Assembly (NCBI GenBank): GCA_047285535.1
Contig: JBJBDC010000001.1
Span: 2,496,136-2,560,135, forward strand
Direction of reading: 5' to 3'
Length of the DNA: 64,000 bases
DNA from: Synechococcus sp.
GTDB lineage: Bacteria; Cyanobacteriota; Cyanobacteriia; PCC-6307; Cyanobiaceae
In this document: positions 40,710 to 49,726 of the stretch, piece after piece
How the letters are laid out: each line of letters opens with the position of its first letter
Position numbering within the stretch: position 1 is the stretch's first letter
Notes under the pieces: model-generated
Seen by the model: only the letters and a program-made list of their open reading frames with translations
Database searches by the model: none
Told to the model about the DNA's origin: nothing
Made by a program: the position numbers and the translations under genes

Positions 40710-41804
40710 ATGCAATTACTGACTGTTGTGGGAGCCAGGCCCCAGTTCATCAAGGCTGCGGCCGTTAGTCGTGCCATTACTGCTACTCAAGACACAGAAT
40801 GGCCGATCTTTGAGAGCATTCTGCATACGGGTCAGCATTTCGATGCTGCGATGTCGGATCAGTTTTTTTCGGAACTTGGCATTCCGGACCCTGCTTTTCA
40901 TCTTGGAATCGGCGGTGGCAGCCACGGCGTTAATACTGGTCGGATGCTCGAGGCCATTGAAAGGGTTCTCCTGGATCAGCGGCCTGATGCACTGCTGGTC
41001 TATGGCGACACCGATTCCACCTTGGCTGGGGCTTTGGCGGCCAGCAAACTCAAAATCCCAGTGATGCATGTGGAGGCAGGGTTGCGTTCGTTTAATCGGC
41101 ACCAGCCGGAAGAACAAAATCGAGTGCTCACCGATCATCTGGCGGAGCTTTGCTTTGCCCCTACGGATAGGGCAGTGGCACACCTTCAGCGAGAAGGCAT
41201 CCCTACTAAGCGAATAGTGCGTACTGGCGATGTGATGGCCGATGTTGCCAGGATCTTTGGTGAGCAGGCTGAGACCAAGGCTGCTGAGTTGCTTGCGACG
41301 CTGTCGTTGCCGCAGGAGCCTTTCATTTTGGCCACAATTCATCGGGCTGAAAATACTGACGATCCCGTTTGCCTGGAGGCGATCTTCACGGCATTAGGTG
41401 ATGCTCCGCTGCCTGTGTTGCTGCCACTTCATCCGCGCACCCGTGCATGCATTGCCAAGCATGGGTTCGAGCCACTGCTCAGGCCGCTCACGCTCACTGA
41501 ACCGTTGGGTTTTTTGACGATGGTCCTGCTAGAGCGGCGTGCAGCGATTGTGGTTACCGATTCTGGCGGCGTGCAGAAGGAAGCCTTCTTGCAGGGCACA
41601 CCATGCGTCACGGTGCGGCATGAAACGGAATGGGTTGAGCTTCTCGAATGCGGTTGGAACTTACTGGCTGATCCTGCTGATCCCGCATCCATGCTCAGCG
41701 CGATGGGGCGACAATTGGGGTTGAATGCTTGTCAACCAGGCTTGTCAATCTATGGGGATGGGCATGCGGCTGAAGCGATTGTGGCCCGACTGGAGGAGAT
41801 ATAA
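40710..41804 (+). CDS. wbpI: Non-hydrolysing UDP-HexNAc 2-epimerase (WbpI/WecB family)
   Basis: VGARPQFIK, HTGQH, YGDT, HVEAGLRS, PEEQNR, TDSGGVQKEA, YGDG. Confidence 0.92.
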   Translation: MQLLTVVGARPQFIKAAAVSRAITATQDTEWPIFESILHTGQHFDAAMSDQFFSELGIPDPAFHLGIGGGSHGVNTGRMLEAIERVLLDQRPDALLVYGDTDSTLAGALAASKLKIPVMHVEAGLRSFNRHQPEEQNRVLTDHLAELCFAPTDRAVAHLQREGIPTKRIVRTGDVMADVARIFGEQAETKAAELLATLSLPQEPFILATIHRAENTDDPVCLEAIFTALGDAPLPVLLPLHPRTRACIAKHGFEPLLRPLTLTEPLGFLTMVLLERRAAIVVTDSGGVQKEAFLQGTPCVTVRHETEWVELLECGWNLLADPADPASMLSAMGRQLGLNACQPGLSIYGDGHAAEAIVARLEEI

Positions 41805-41827
41805 CCAAAGACTCCATCTAGATCTTG

Positions 41828-41873
41828 CAAGAGCCTGATTGGCATATGGCTCTTGATAGGCAACGCGTTTGCC
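41828..41873. other. Two adjacent intergenic inverted repeats (possible RNA hairpins)
   Basis: CAAGAGCC-12nt-GGCTCTTG (41828-41855) and GGCAA-5nt-TTGCC (41859-41873); no U-tract. Confidence 0.35.
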
Positions 41874-41954
41874 GCTTTGCTCATGTTGATTCGTTTTGGC
41901 GGTTCAGTCAGACCAAAACATCCACGCCACAAGACGACTTTTGCGCAACTGCTT

Positions 41955-43067
41955 ATGCTTCACTCCATAGCTCCGATCACCGATCGCCGCATTCGTATCG
42001 CCCTTGTGGGTTGCGGGCGGATCAGTCGTAATCACATCAAGGCGATCGCCGCACATCACGAGCGAGCTGTGTTGGTGGCAATCTGCGATATTCAGGTTGA
42101 GCGGCTGAATGAAGTCCAGCAACTGGTCAGCGAAATAGCAACTGATTATCCTGGCGCTGCTACCAATCCGGCCCAGTTCAGCACTTATGATGAGCTCTTG
42201 GGGGCAGCTGAGGTTCAATCCACCCCAGTGGATCTCGTGGTGCTGGCCACCCCCAGCGGTTTGCATCCCGGTCAGGTGATCGCGGCAGCTGAGGCTGGGC
42301 TGCATGTGTGCACAGAAAAGCCGATGGCTACTCGCTGGGCTGATGGGGTGGCGATGGTGAAGGCCTGTGATCAGGCGGGGGTGCATTTGTTTGTGGTGAA
42401 GCAAAATCGATTCAACAGCACCCTTCAACTGGTGAAGCGGCAGCTGCAGGCGGGACGCTTTGGGAAGTTGGCGATGGTTGCGGTAAATGTGTTCTGGCAG
42501 CGCCCGCAGAGCTACTACAACCAAGACAGCTGGCGCGGCACTTGGGAATTCGACGGAGGTGCGCTGATGAACCAGGCCAGTCACTACGTGGACCTACTTG
42601 ATTGGCTGGTGGGGCCAGTGGAAAGCATCAGCGCATCGATTGCCACGTTAGGCCGGGCGATTGAGGTGGAGGACACTGCTGCGCTGCAGCTGCGTTGGCG
42701 TAATGGCGCTTTGGGCACCATGGCCGTGACGATGCTCACGTATCCCAAGAATCTGGAGGGCTCGATCACCTTGCTTGGTGAAAGCGGAACGGTGAAGATC
42801 GGTGGGCCGGCTGTAAACCAAATCGAGCATTGGGCATTTGCTGATGAAAGCCCAGACGACAACAAGGTAGAACAGGCGAGTTATGCCACCACCAGCGTGT
42901 ATGGCTTTGGCCATCCGCCTTACTACGCCAATGTGCTTGATGCCCTTCAGGGCCGTGCCGATCCGTTGTGTGACGGTCGTGAAGGTCTGCGCAGTCTGGA
43001 GCTTCTTATCGGGGCCTACCGCTCAGCCCGCGACGGCCACATGGTGCATCTGCCATTGGAGTTCTGA
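41955..43067 (+). CDS. wbpB: Gfo/Idh/MocA NAD-dependent sugar 3-dehydrogenase (WbpB/WlbA-like)
   Basis: VGCGRIS, TPSGLH, TEKPMA, VVKQNRFN, WRGTWEFDGGALMNQASH, SVYGFGH; likely ATG at 41955. Confidence 0.9.
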   Translation: MLHSIAPITDRRIRIALVGCGRISRNHIKAIAAHHERAVLVAICDIQVERLNEVQQLVSEIATDYPGAATNPAQFSTYDELLGAAEVQSTPVDLVVLATPSGLHPGQVIAAAEAGLHVCTEKPMATRWADGVAMVKACDQAGVHLFVVKQNRFNSTLQLVKRQLQAGRFGKLAMVAVNVFWQRPQSYYNQDSWRGTWEFDGGALMNQASHYVDLLDWLVGPVESISASIATLGRAIEVEDTAALQLRWRNGALGTMAVTMLTYPKNLEGSITLLGESGTVKIGGPAVNQIEHWAFADESPDDNKVEQASYATTSVYGFGHPPYYANVLDALQGRADPLCDGREGLRSLELLIGAYRSARDGHMVHLPLEF

Positions 43068-44870
43068 GTGACCAGCGAACATCATTCCACCCGCAGCCTC
43101 CTTCTGAGCCTCTGGGGTCACTTCAGCCGCCGCCGTCGCATCCAGCTGAGCTTGCTCCTGCTGGTAATGCTCGCCAGTGGTGTGGCAGAGGTGGTGTCTC
43201 TGGGTGCGGTGCTGCCCTTTCTTGCTGTGCTCAGCGATCCGGAGCCTCTCTGGAAGCAACCGTTAGTACAGAATCTTTCGGCTCTGCTGGGTTTCACGTC
43301 GGCTAACCAGCTACTGCTGCCGGCAACGCTGGCGTTTGCGACGGCGGCTGTTTTGGCTGCGATGATTCGGCTGGCAAACCTTTGGCTGAACGGCCGCCTG
43401 GCGGCGGCTGTGGGCTCAGACTTGAGCTGTGAGGCTTACCGTCGCACGCTCTATCAGTCCTATGGCGTGCATGTGCAGCGCAACAGCGCATCGGTGATCA
43501 CTGGCATCACCTACCAGATCGATCAAACAGCGGCGGCTCTCAATACCCTTCTTCAGCTTCTCACTTCCACCGTTGTGGCGGTTGGCTTGCTTACGGGTTT
43601 GCTGTTGATAGATGCTCCGGTCGCTGTGGCTGCTGCGGTTCTGTTTGGCACTGCCTATGCGGCGTTGGCGATCACCTCTCGGCGAGAGCTTCGAATTAAT
43701 GGTCAAAAAATAGCTATGTCATCGACCTTGCGGCTCAAAGCGCTGCAGGAGGGACTTGGCGCCATTCGTGATGTTCTGCTTGATGGCAGCCAACCCACTT
43801 ATCTGCAGATCTACCGGCAAGCGGATCGCCCCCAACGCCAACTTGCAGCCACAAACTCCTTCATTGGAACTTTTCCGCGCTACTCGATCGAGGCTTTGGG
43901 CATGGTGGCAATTGCACTTCTCGGAGGGATGCTGGTGGTGCAACGGGGCAGCGGCACTGCCGTGATTCCTTTGTTGGGCGCACTGGCCTTAGGTGCGCAA
44001 CGCTTGCTGCCTGCCTTGCAGCAAATTTACGCCGGCTGGGCCTCTTTGAAGGGCTTCAACGCTGCGATCCAAGCTGTGCTGGATATGCTCAATCAACCCC
44101 TACCGCCTCAAGTGAGCGTGGCCGAGCCACTGCAGTTGCGCGAGGGCATCCGCCTGGTAGGGGTCCACTTCCGCTATGTCCAGGAGCAAGCGGATGTTCT
44201 GCAAGGTCTGGATTTAGAGATTCGTCGCGGCGAACGCATCGGCCTCATTGGCAGTACCGGGAGTGGCAAGAGCACCTTGGTGGACCTATTGATGGGCCTT
44301 CTACAGCCAACAGCAGGGTGCTTGTTCGTTGATGAGACTGATCTCCATGATCCGGAGCATCCTGAGAGGCTAGCGGAATGGAGGGCAGCGATTGCCCATG
44401 TACCCCAAAGCATCTACCTGGCCGATAGCTCGATCGCCGAAAACATTGCGTTTGGGATTCCCAAGAAACTGATCGATTTTGACAGGGTGCGTTCGGTAGC
44501 CAGACAGGCTCAGATCGCTGGTTATATTGAAAGCACCCCCCAGGGATATGACACCAATGCAGGTGAGCGGGGCGTGAGGTTAAGTGGTGGTCAGCGGCAG
44601 AGGATCGGTATTGCCCGTGCGCTTTATAAACAAGCAAGCATGATAGTTCTCGATGAGGCAACCAGTGCATTGGATACGACCACTGAGGAGGAAGTGATGA
44701 AGGCCCTTGAAGGTCTTAGCCGAGAGCTCACCATTGTGATGATTGCCCACAGGCTGAGCACTCTGGCTCGTTGTGACCGAGTGTTTGAGTTGTCTCCAAA
44801 ATCACCAATTCGGATCACAACACCAGCCGAACTGTTCAATCCTAAATCCAACAACGCCGCCATTACCTGA
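43068..44870 (+). CDS. ABC transporter, fused permease/ATPase (PglK/Wzk-like flippase)
   Basis: TM domain plus GSTGSGKST, LSGGQRQR, LDEATSALD, AHRL. Confidence 0.92.
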   Translation: MTSEHHSTRSLLLSLWGHFSRRRRIQLSLLLLVMLASGVAEVVSLGAVLPFLAVLSDPEPLWKQPLVQNLSALLGFTSANQLLLPATLAFATAAVLAAMIRLANLWLNGRLAAAVGSDLSCEAYRRTLYQSYGVHVQRNSASVITGITYQIDQTAAALNTLLQLLTSTVVAVGLLTGLLLIDAPVAVAAAVLFGTAYAALAITSRRELRINGQKIAMSSTLRLKALQEGLGAIRDVLLDGSQPTYLQIYRQADRPQRQLAATNSFIGTFPRYSIEALGMVAIALLGGMLVVQRGSGTAVIPLLGALALGAQRLLPALQQIYAGWASLKGFNAAIQAVLDMLNQPLPPQVSVAEPLQLREGIRLVGVHFRYVQEQADVLQGLDLEIRRGERIGLIGSTGSGKSTLVDLLMGLLQPTAGCLFVDETDLHDPEHPERLAEWRAAIAHVPQSIYLADSSIAENIAFGIPKKLIDFDRVRSVARQAQIAGYIESTPQGYDTNAGERGVRLSGGQRQRIGIARALYKQASMIVLDEATSALDTTTEEEVMKALEGLSRELTIVMIAHRLSTLARCDRVFELSPKSPIRITTPAELFNPKSNNAAIT

Positions 44871-44872
44871 AC

Positions 44873-45643
44873 ATGAAAGCCGTTATCCTCGCCGGAGGAT
44901 TGGGTACTCGTCTTTCAGAAGAAACCCACCTAAAGCCCAAGCCGATGGTGGAGGTGGGCGGAAGACCAATTCTCTGGCACATTCTTAAGATTTACAGCCA
45001 CTTCGGGATTAACGACTTCGTGATCTGCTGCGGTTACAAGGGCTATCTGATCAAGGAGTATTTCGCTAATTACTTCCTGCATAACAGTGATGTCACCTTT
45101 CATATGGATATCGACAATCACATGGAGATTCACCAGCGTAAAAATGAGCCCTGGAAGGTGACACTGGTTGATACGGGTGATGCAAGTCAAACCGGCGGCC
45201 GCTTAGGTCGAGTCCGGGAATATCTCCATGACGGCAGTTTTTGCTTCACCTATGGGGACGGAGTGGCGGATGTGGATATCGGCGCCTTGATCAACCATCA
45301 CCGCCGAGAAGGTCGTGAGGCCACTCTCACTGCTGTTCAGCCCCCAGGTCGTTATGGAGCTCTGCACCTCGAGGGAGATGCAGTGAATCATTTCCAGGAG
45401 AAGCCCGATGGAGATCATGCCTGGATCAATGGTGGTTTCTTTGTTCTAGAGCCAAGTGTCTTGGATCGCATCGCTGAGGATCAGACCAGCTTTGAGTCCG
45501 ATGTCTTGCCTCAGTTGGCGGCTGATGGTCAGTTAAACGCCTACAAGCATCAAGGCTTTTGGCAGCCAATGGACACTCTCCGGGATCGAACCAGGCTCGA
45601 GGAGATGTGGGCTTCCGATCAAGCTCCCTGGAAGATGTGGTGA
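44873..45643 (+). CDS. rfbF: Glucose-1-phosphate cytidylyltransferase
   Basis: LAGGLGTRLSEET..KPKPM, TGGR, TYGDGV, WINGGFF, FWQPMDTLRD. Confidence 0.96.
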   Translation: MKAVILAGGLGTRLSEETHLKPKPMVEVGGRPILWHILKIYSHFGINDFVICCGYKGYLIKEYFANYFLHNSDVTFHMDIDNHMEIHQRKNEPWKVTLVDTGDASQTGGRLGRVREYLHDGSFCFTYGDGVADVDIGALINHHRREGREATLTAVQPPGRYGALHLEGDAVNHFQEKPDGDHAWINGGFFVLEPSVLDRIAEDQTSFESDVLPQLAADGQLNAYKHQGFWQPMDTLRDRTRLEEMWASDQAPWKMW

Positions 45644-46728
45644 GACTAATTCCCTCGTTTTGGGCCGGCAGGCGTGTGCTGCTTACCGGTCACACAGGTT
45701 TCAAGGGCAGCTGGCTGTCCCTTTGGCTAACGAGGCTTGGAGCTGAGGTGTGGGGCTATGCCCTTAAGCCTGAGGGGGATCGTTCGTTATTTAACGATTT
45801 GGCTCTGTCGCAGGCATCGGGACAATTGCACCACCATCTGGGTGATCTTGGCGATTTCCAAGCGCTGCAGGAAGTCATTCAGCAATCGCAGCCTCAAGTT
45901 GTCTTCCACCTTGCAGCCCAGCCGCTAGTGCGTCGCAGCTACCGCGATCCCCTGGGCACATGGTCCACCAATGTCCAGGGAAGCCTCCATTTGTTGGAGG
46001 CCCTCAAGCCCCTTCAGCACCCCTGCGTCGTGGTGATGGTGACGACCGACAAGGTGTACGCCAACCGCGAATGGGACTACGGGTATCGGGAGGAGGATCG
46101 TCTCGGTGGCCATGACCCCTACAGCGCAAGCAAAGCCGCCGCGGAGTTGGCGATCGCCAGTTGGCGAGAAAGCTTCTGCGGGCCTGGCACTCACCAGACG
46201 ACTCATCTCGCGATCGCCACAGCCAGGGCCGGCAACGTGATCGGTGGTGGTGACTGGGCAGAGGAACGGATTGTTCCCGATGCTATGCGTGCGCTTGCTG
46301 CTGGTGAGCCGATTCCTGTGCGAAGCCCTGAGGCCACACGGCCTTGGCAGCACGTGCTTGAACCGCTCGGCGGCTACCTGCTGTTGGCTGAGACGATGGC
46401 AACGCAAGGACAGGCTTATTCCAGCGCTTTCAACTTCGGGCCTGCGCTGGAGGCGAATCGCAGCGTGCGCGAGTTGGTGGAAGCTTCCCTGGCTCACTGG
46501 CCTGGCAGCTGGAGGGATCTATCTGATCCCAAATCACCTCATGAGGCAAGTCGTCTGCACCTACAGATTGATAAGGCCCATCATCAATTGGGTTGGCAGC
46601 CCCGCTGGCTCTTTAATACAACAATTGAGCGCACAGTGTCTTGGTACCATTCTGTATACCAAGGAGCTAACTCTCTTGAGTGCTGCCTTGAAGATATTAA
46701 AGTCTATGAAAGCAATATAATATTCTAA
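45637..46728 (+). CDS. rfbG: CDP-glucose 4,6-dehydratase
   Basis: TGHTGFKGSWL, HLAAQPLV, TTDKVY, DPYSASK, RAGNVIGGGDW, RPWQHVLEPL; GTG start overlaps the rfbF stop. Confidence 0.95.
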   Translation: MVRLIPSFWAGRRVLLTGHTGFKGSWLSLWLTRLGAEVWGYALKPEGDRSLFNDLALSQASGQLHHHLGDLGDFQALQEVIQQSQPQVVFHLAAQPLVRRSYRDPLGTWSTNVQGSLHLLEALKPLQHPCVVVMVTTDKVYANREWDYGYREEDRLGGHDPYSASKAAAELAIASWRESFCGPGTHQTTHLAIATARAGNVIGGGDWAEERIVPDAMRALAAGEPIPVRSPEATRPWQHVLEPLGGYLLLAETMATQGQAYSSAFNFGPALEANRSVRELVEASLAHWPGSWRDLSDPKSPHEASRLHLQIDKAHHQLGWQPRWLFNTTIERTVSWYHSVYQGANSLECCLEDIKVYESNIIF

Positions 46729-47136
46729 CTGTTCATGATTTTTTCAGTGATTGTAAAAGCATTGAATATTCCTTGCAGATAAAACATTTGCAAGTGCTTC
46801 ACTATGTGACAATTTCTTTGTCGTTCGCAAATTTCGCTCTTTTGCTCAAGATGCGTAAAGTAAAATATTATTTCGTTTTTATTTTAGCTAATTCAGTTGC
46901 TAAAAACGTTTGGATTCTGGTGTTCCGCCCCATTCTGGCTTGCTAAGCCCTCCCGCTGTAGGAAACCTCTAGAAATCAACTGTTCATGCCGATCCAGATT
47001 AATTTCTCTTTTTGGCCAACTGATTTTAGAGGTGTTAAGCAACAAGGCTTGGATGTGTTTTCTTCAAGTGGGAAAAGAAGTATTTGCGTATAAAGATGAT
47101 TATTGACTCATTGCTTCTTCCTGCATTTGCTTACGT

Positions 47137-48687
47137 ATGATATTTACTACGCGGTCTTTTTTAATATTCTTCACGGGTTTTCTGGCTCTTTATTTCTCTA
47201 TTCTTGCAACCGCGCGCCATCGCAAGGATAAAAATGCTGTCAATAAGTTAAATCTATTGACTCTTGCTTCAAGTTTCGTGTTTTATGGATGGAGTCAACC
47301 TCAGTATATATTGCTATTATTAGTTTCTGGCGCAGTAGACTTTTTTGCGGCAAAGTCGATATCATGCACGAACTCAATTTTTAGAAAAAAAATATACCTT
47401 AGTTTGTCTATAGCATGCAACCTGGGAATTTTGTTTACATTCAAATACTCAGATTTTGCGTTGAGTACCTTGCAAGACTTTTTCGATAATACTTTTATTG
47501 GTATGTTTTTACCAAGTACTGTAAGCTCAATAAGGTTTGAAGAATTTTCGATATTCAAAAATGTAATTTTGCCAGCTGGAATCAGTTTTTACACGTTTCA
47601 GAGCATGAGCTACACAATTGATGTCTACCGAGGATTGCTTGTCCCAACAGGAAACTTCTTCAAATTTATGACATATTTGTCTTTTTTTCCTCAATTAGTC
47701 GCAGGCCCTATAGAGCGCGCAGCAGCTCTTCTTCCACAGTTTGATTATATTAAAAAATTTAAAACAGAGTCTGCGATTAGTGGCTTCCAATTAATTGCCT
47801 GGGGCGTATTTAAAAAATTAGTTATCGCTGATAATATAGGAAAAATCGTAGATCAAGTTTATACAAACTACGTTCCAGGTTCTGGAAGTTTTTACAAAAC
47901 TCTTTTAGCTGGAGCTGGCTTCGGGATACAAATATACATGGACTTCAGCGCTTACTCTGAAATTGCGGTGGGGTTAGCATTAATTCTTGGTTTTAATATA
48001 ATGGTGAACTTTAAACAGCCTTACATGAGAGCAAATATTCGTGAATTCTGGAGAAGTTGGAATATCTCCCTCTCTCAATGGTTTCGAGATTACATATACT
48101 TTCCATTGTCGACAAGGCTAGAAAATCTCAAATTGCGCAGAGAATTGATTCAGACTTCTGGAGTTCTATCAGTCTTTGCGATATCTGGTTTGTGGCATGG
48201 TTCTGGCTATACCTTCATTATTTGGGGGTTAATCAATGGGCTGGCTTACATTGTTTCGGTGCCGCTTTCCGTTTACAAACTAGATATATGGGATAAGATC
48301 TGGCCTTTATCCATTTTCTATGGGGGAATCAAGCATTTTTTCACACTAATCGTTGTATGTATATCTTGGATCTACTTTAGAAGCACCTCTATCAACCAGG
48401 CAAATTCAATAATTGCTGATTCTACAAAACTGTCTTTTAGCCATTTAAATGAAGCCAAGTCGTTGTTAGGCTCTGTTTTGCCTCTTCAAGATCTGTTGGG
48501 AGTAGTCGCAGCACTTATTATAGTATTCACTGTAGAATTCATAATCAAAGACAGGGCACACGCCATGACAATATTTGACATTCAGAAAAATCCTTATACC
48601 AAGTTAATTACTTTTCTAATTTTATTTTTTGCGATACAGGCTTATGGTTCAACAACAGACGCCGCCTTTATTTACTTTAATTTTTAA
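47137..48687 (+). CDS. MBOAT family O-acyltransferase (AlgI/DltB-like)
   Basis: LPAGISFYTFQSMSY, FFPQLVAGPI, KKLVIAD, QIYMDFSAYS, EFWRSWNISLS.WFRDYIY, SGLWHG, FIYFNF. Confidence 0.93.
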   Translation: MIFTTRSFLIFFTGFLALYFSILATARHRKDKNAVNKLNLLTLASSFVFYGWSQPQYILLLLVSGAVDFFAAKSISCTNSIFRKKIYLSLSIACNLGILFTFKYSDFALSTLQDFFDNTFIGMFLPSTVSSIRFEEFSIFKNVILPAGISFYTFQSMSYTIDVYRGLLVPTGNFFKFMTYLSFFPQLVAGPIERAAALLPQFDYIKKFKTESAISGFQLIAWGVFKKLVIADNIGKIVDQVYTNYVPGSGSFYKTLLAGAGFGIQIYMDFSAYSEIAVGLALILGFNIMVNFKQPYMRANIREFWRSWNISLSQWFRDYIYFPLSTRLENLKLRRELIQTSGVLSVFAISGLWHGSGYTFIIWGLINGLAYIVSVPLSVYKLDIWDKIWPLSIFYGGIKHFFTLIVVCISWIYFRSTSINQANSIIADSTKLSFSHLNEAKSLLGSVLPLQDLLGVVAALIIVFTVEFIIKDRAHAMTIFDIQKNPYTKLITFLILFFAIQAYGSTTDAAFIYFNF

Positions 48688-48700
48688 TTAGAGCGTAACC

Positions 48701-49726
48701 ATGCCAGCTACTTTTCAAATTAGAAATATTATAGAGATAAGGAAATTTGTTTGTTTAGTATCGCGAATAGCTATCCTTGTTTTAGTTTTAGATCAAATTT
48801 TTAGGGTATTTAGTCAGGAGCCTCATAGTATTATGATTGAAAGGCATAAGCATGAAGATATTTTAAAGGACAAATTGATCAGCAAGGAGTATCGAGATGT
48901 TTATTATCTTGGCTCTTCAATGACCGAGTCAGGTATCAATCCCCAATATGTAAATATTGGTCTTTCTCAATGGAATGCCGCCATTTCTGGCCGCAGTAAC
49001 ATTCAATGGCAACTTGATATTATCGATTATATTGCAAAGCACAAGCTTGCCAAGCATATTGTTTACGGTATTGAAGTTTTTAGTTTTCCTGGAAATGGCC
49101 AAAATAGTTTAATTAAGCCTTTGCCGGAGTCTGTGCTATTCCCGTTTCTGCAGTCAAGTAAATACTCTGAAGATTTCAAGCTATATCTATACCAAAGTCT
49201 TCGCTCTCTTCGTATTCAAGAATTTCCGGCTTTTGTAAAAGCTGATAATCCACTGCCTCCGGAGCGGACAATCAATTGTTGTCGACAAGAACTTGTTGAT
49301 GAGACAGGTTGGCTCAATACCTACGATACATTAGCTAATCCCACATGGATTCATGACTCGAGTTTGAGATACCGTCAGCCTAGCGAGATTATTTCACGGA
49401 GAATAATTGGAACTTATGAAAAACTTGAAGAAGCCAATATTAGCCTAACCTATCTTATTCTTCCTGGCTTTTTGGGCTATGGCGATGAAGAGTCTAGGGC
49501 AAATCAGATTAAAGCATACGATCAATTAATCAATTACCTTGAGTCTCTTAACGAGAATAAGTTTGGTTTTTCAGCATCTGTCCTTGATGGACGTTTTTTC
49601 GCTCCTGAACTGGTCGACAATCATTCTTATTATTTTGATAGCGTTCATCTGAATGCAAAGGGTTCTGAGATTTACTCAAAGTGGCTGTCGAAAAAATTGA
49701 TTCAGAGATTTTCTGCAGTCCCGTAA
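48701..49726 (+). CDS. SGNH-like periplasmic partner of the MBOAT (DltD/AlgJ/DUF1574-like)
   Basis: N-terminal TM anchor, LGSSMT (block I Ser), C-terminal DSVHLN.KG (DxxH). Confidence 0.7.
   Translation: MPATFQIRNIIEIRKFVCLVSRIAILVLVLDQIFRVFSQEPHSIMIERHKHEDILKDKLISKEYRDVYYLGSSMTESGINPQYVNIGLSQWNAAISGRSNIQWQLDIIDYIAKHKLAKHIVYGIEVFSFPGNGQNSLIKPLPESVLFPFLQSSKYSEDFKLYLYQSLRSLRIQEFPAFVKADNPLPPERTINCCRQELVDETGWLNTYDTLANPTWIHDSSLRYRQPSEIISRRIIGTYEKLEEANISLTYLILPGFLGYGDEESRANQIKAYDQLINYLESLNENKFGFSASVLDGRFFAPELVDNHSYYFDSVHLNAKGSEIYSKWLSKKLIQRFSAVP

Noticed and set aside
42042..46217. GCGATCGC (HIP1) octamers near 42042, 46150 and 46210
   Set aside because: Only a few copies noticed in 64 kb; no enrichment.
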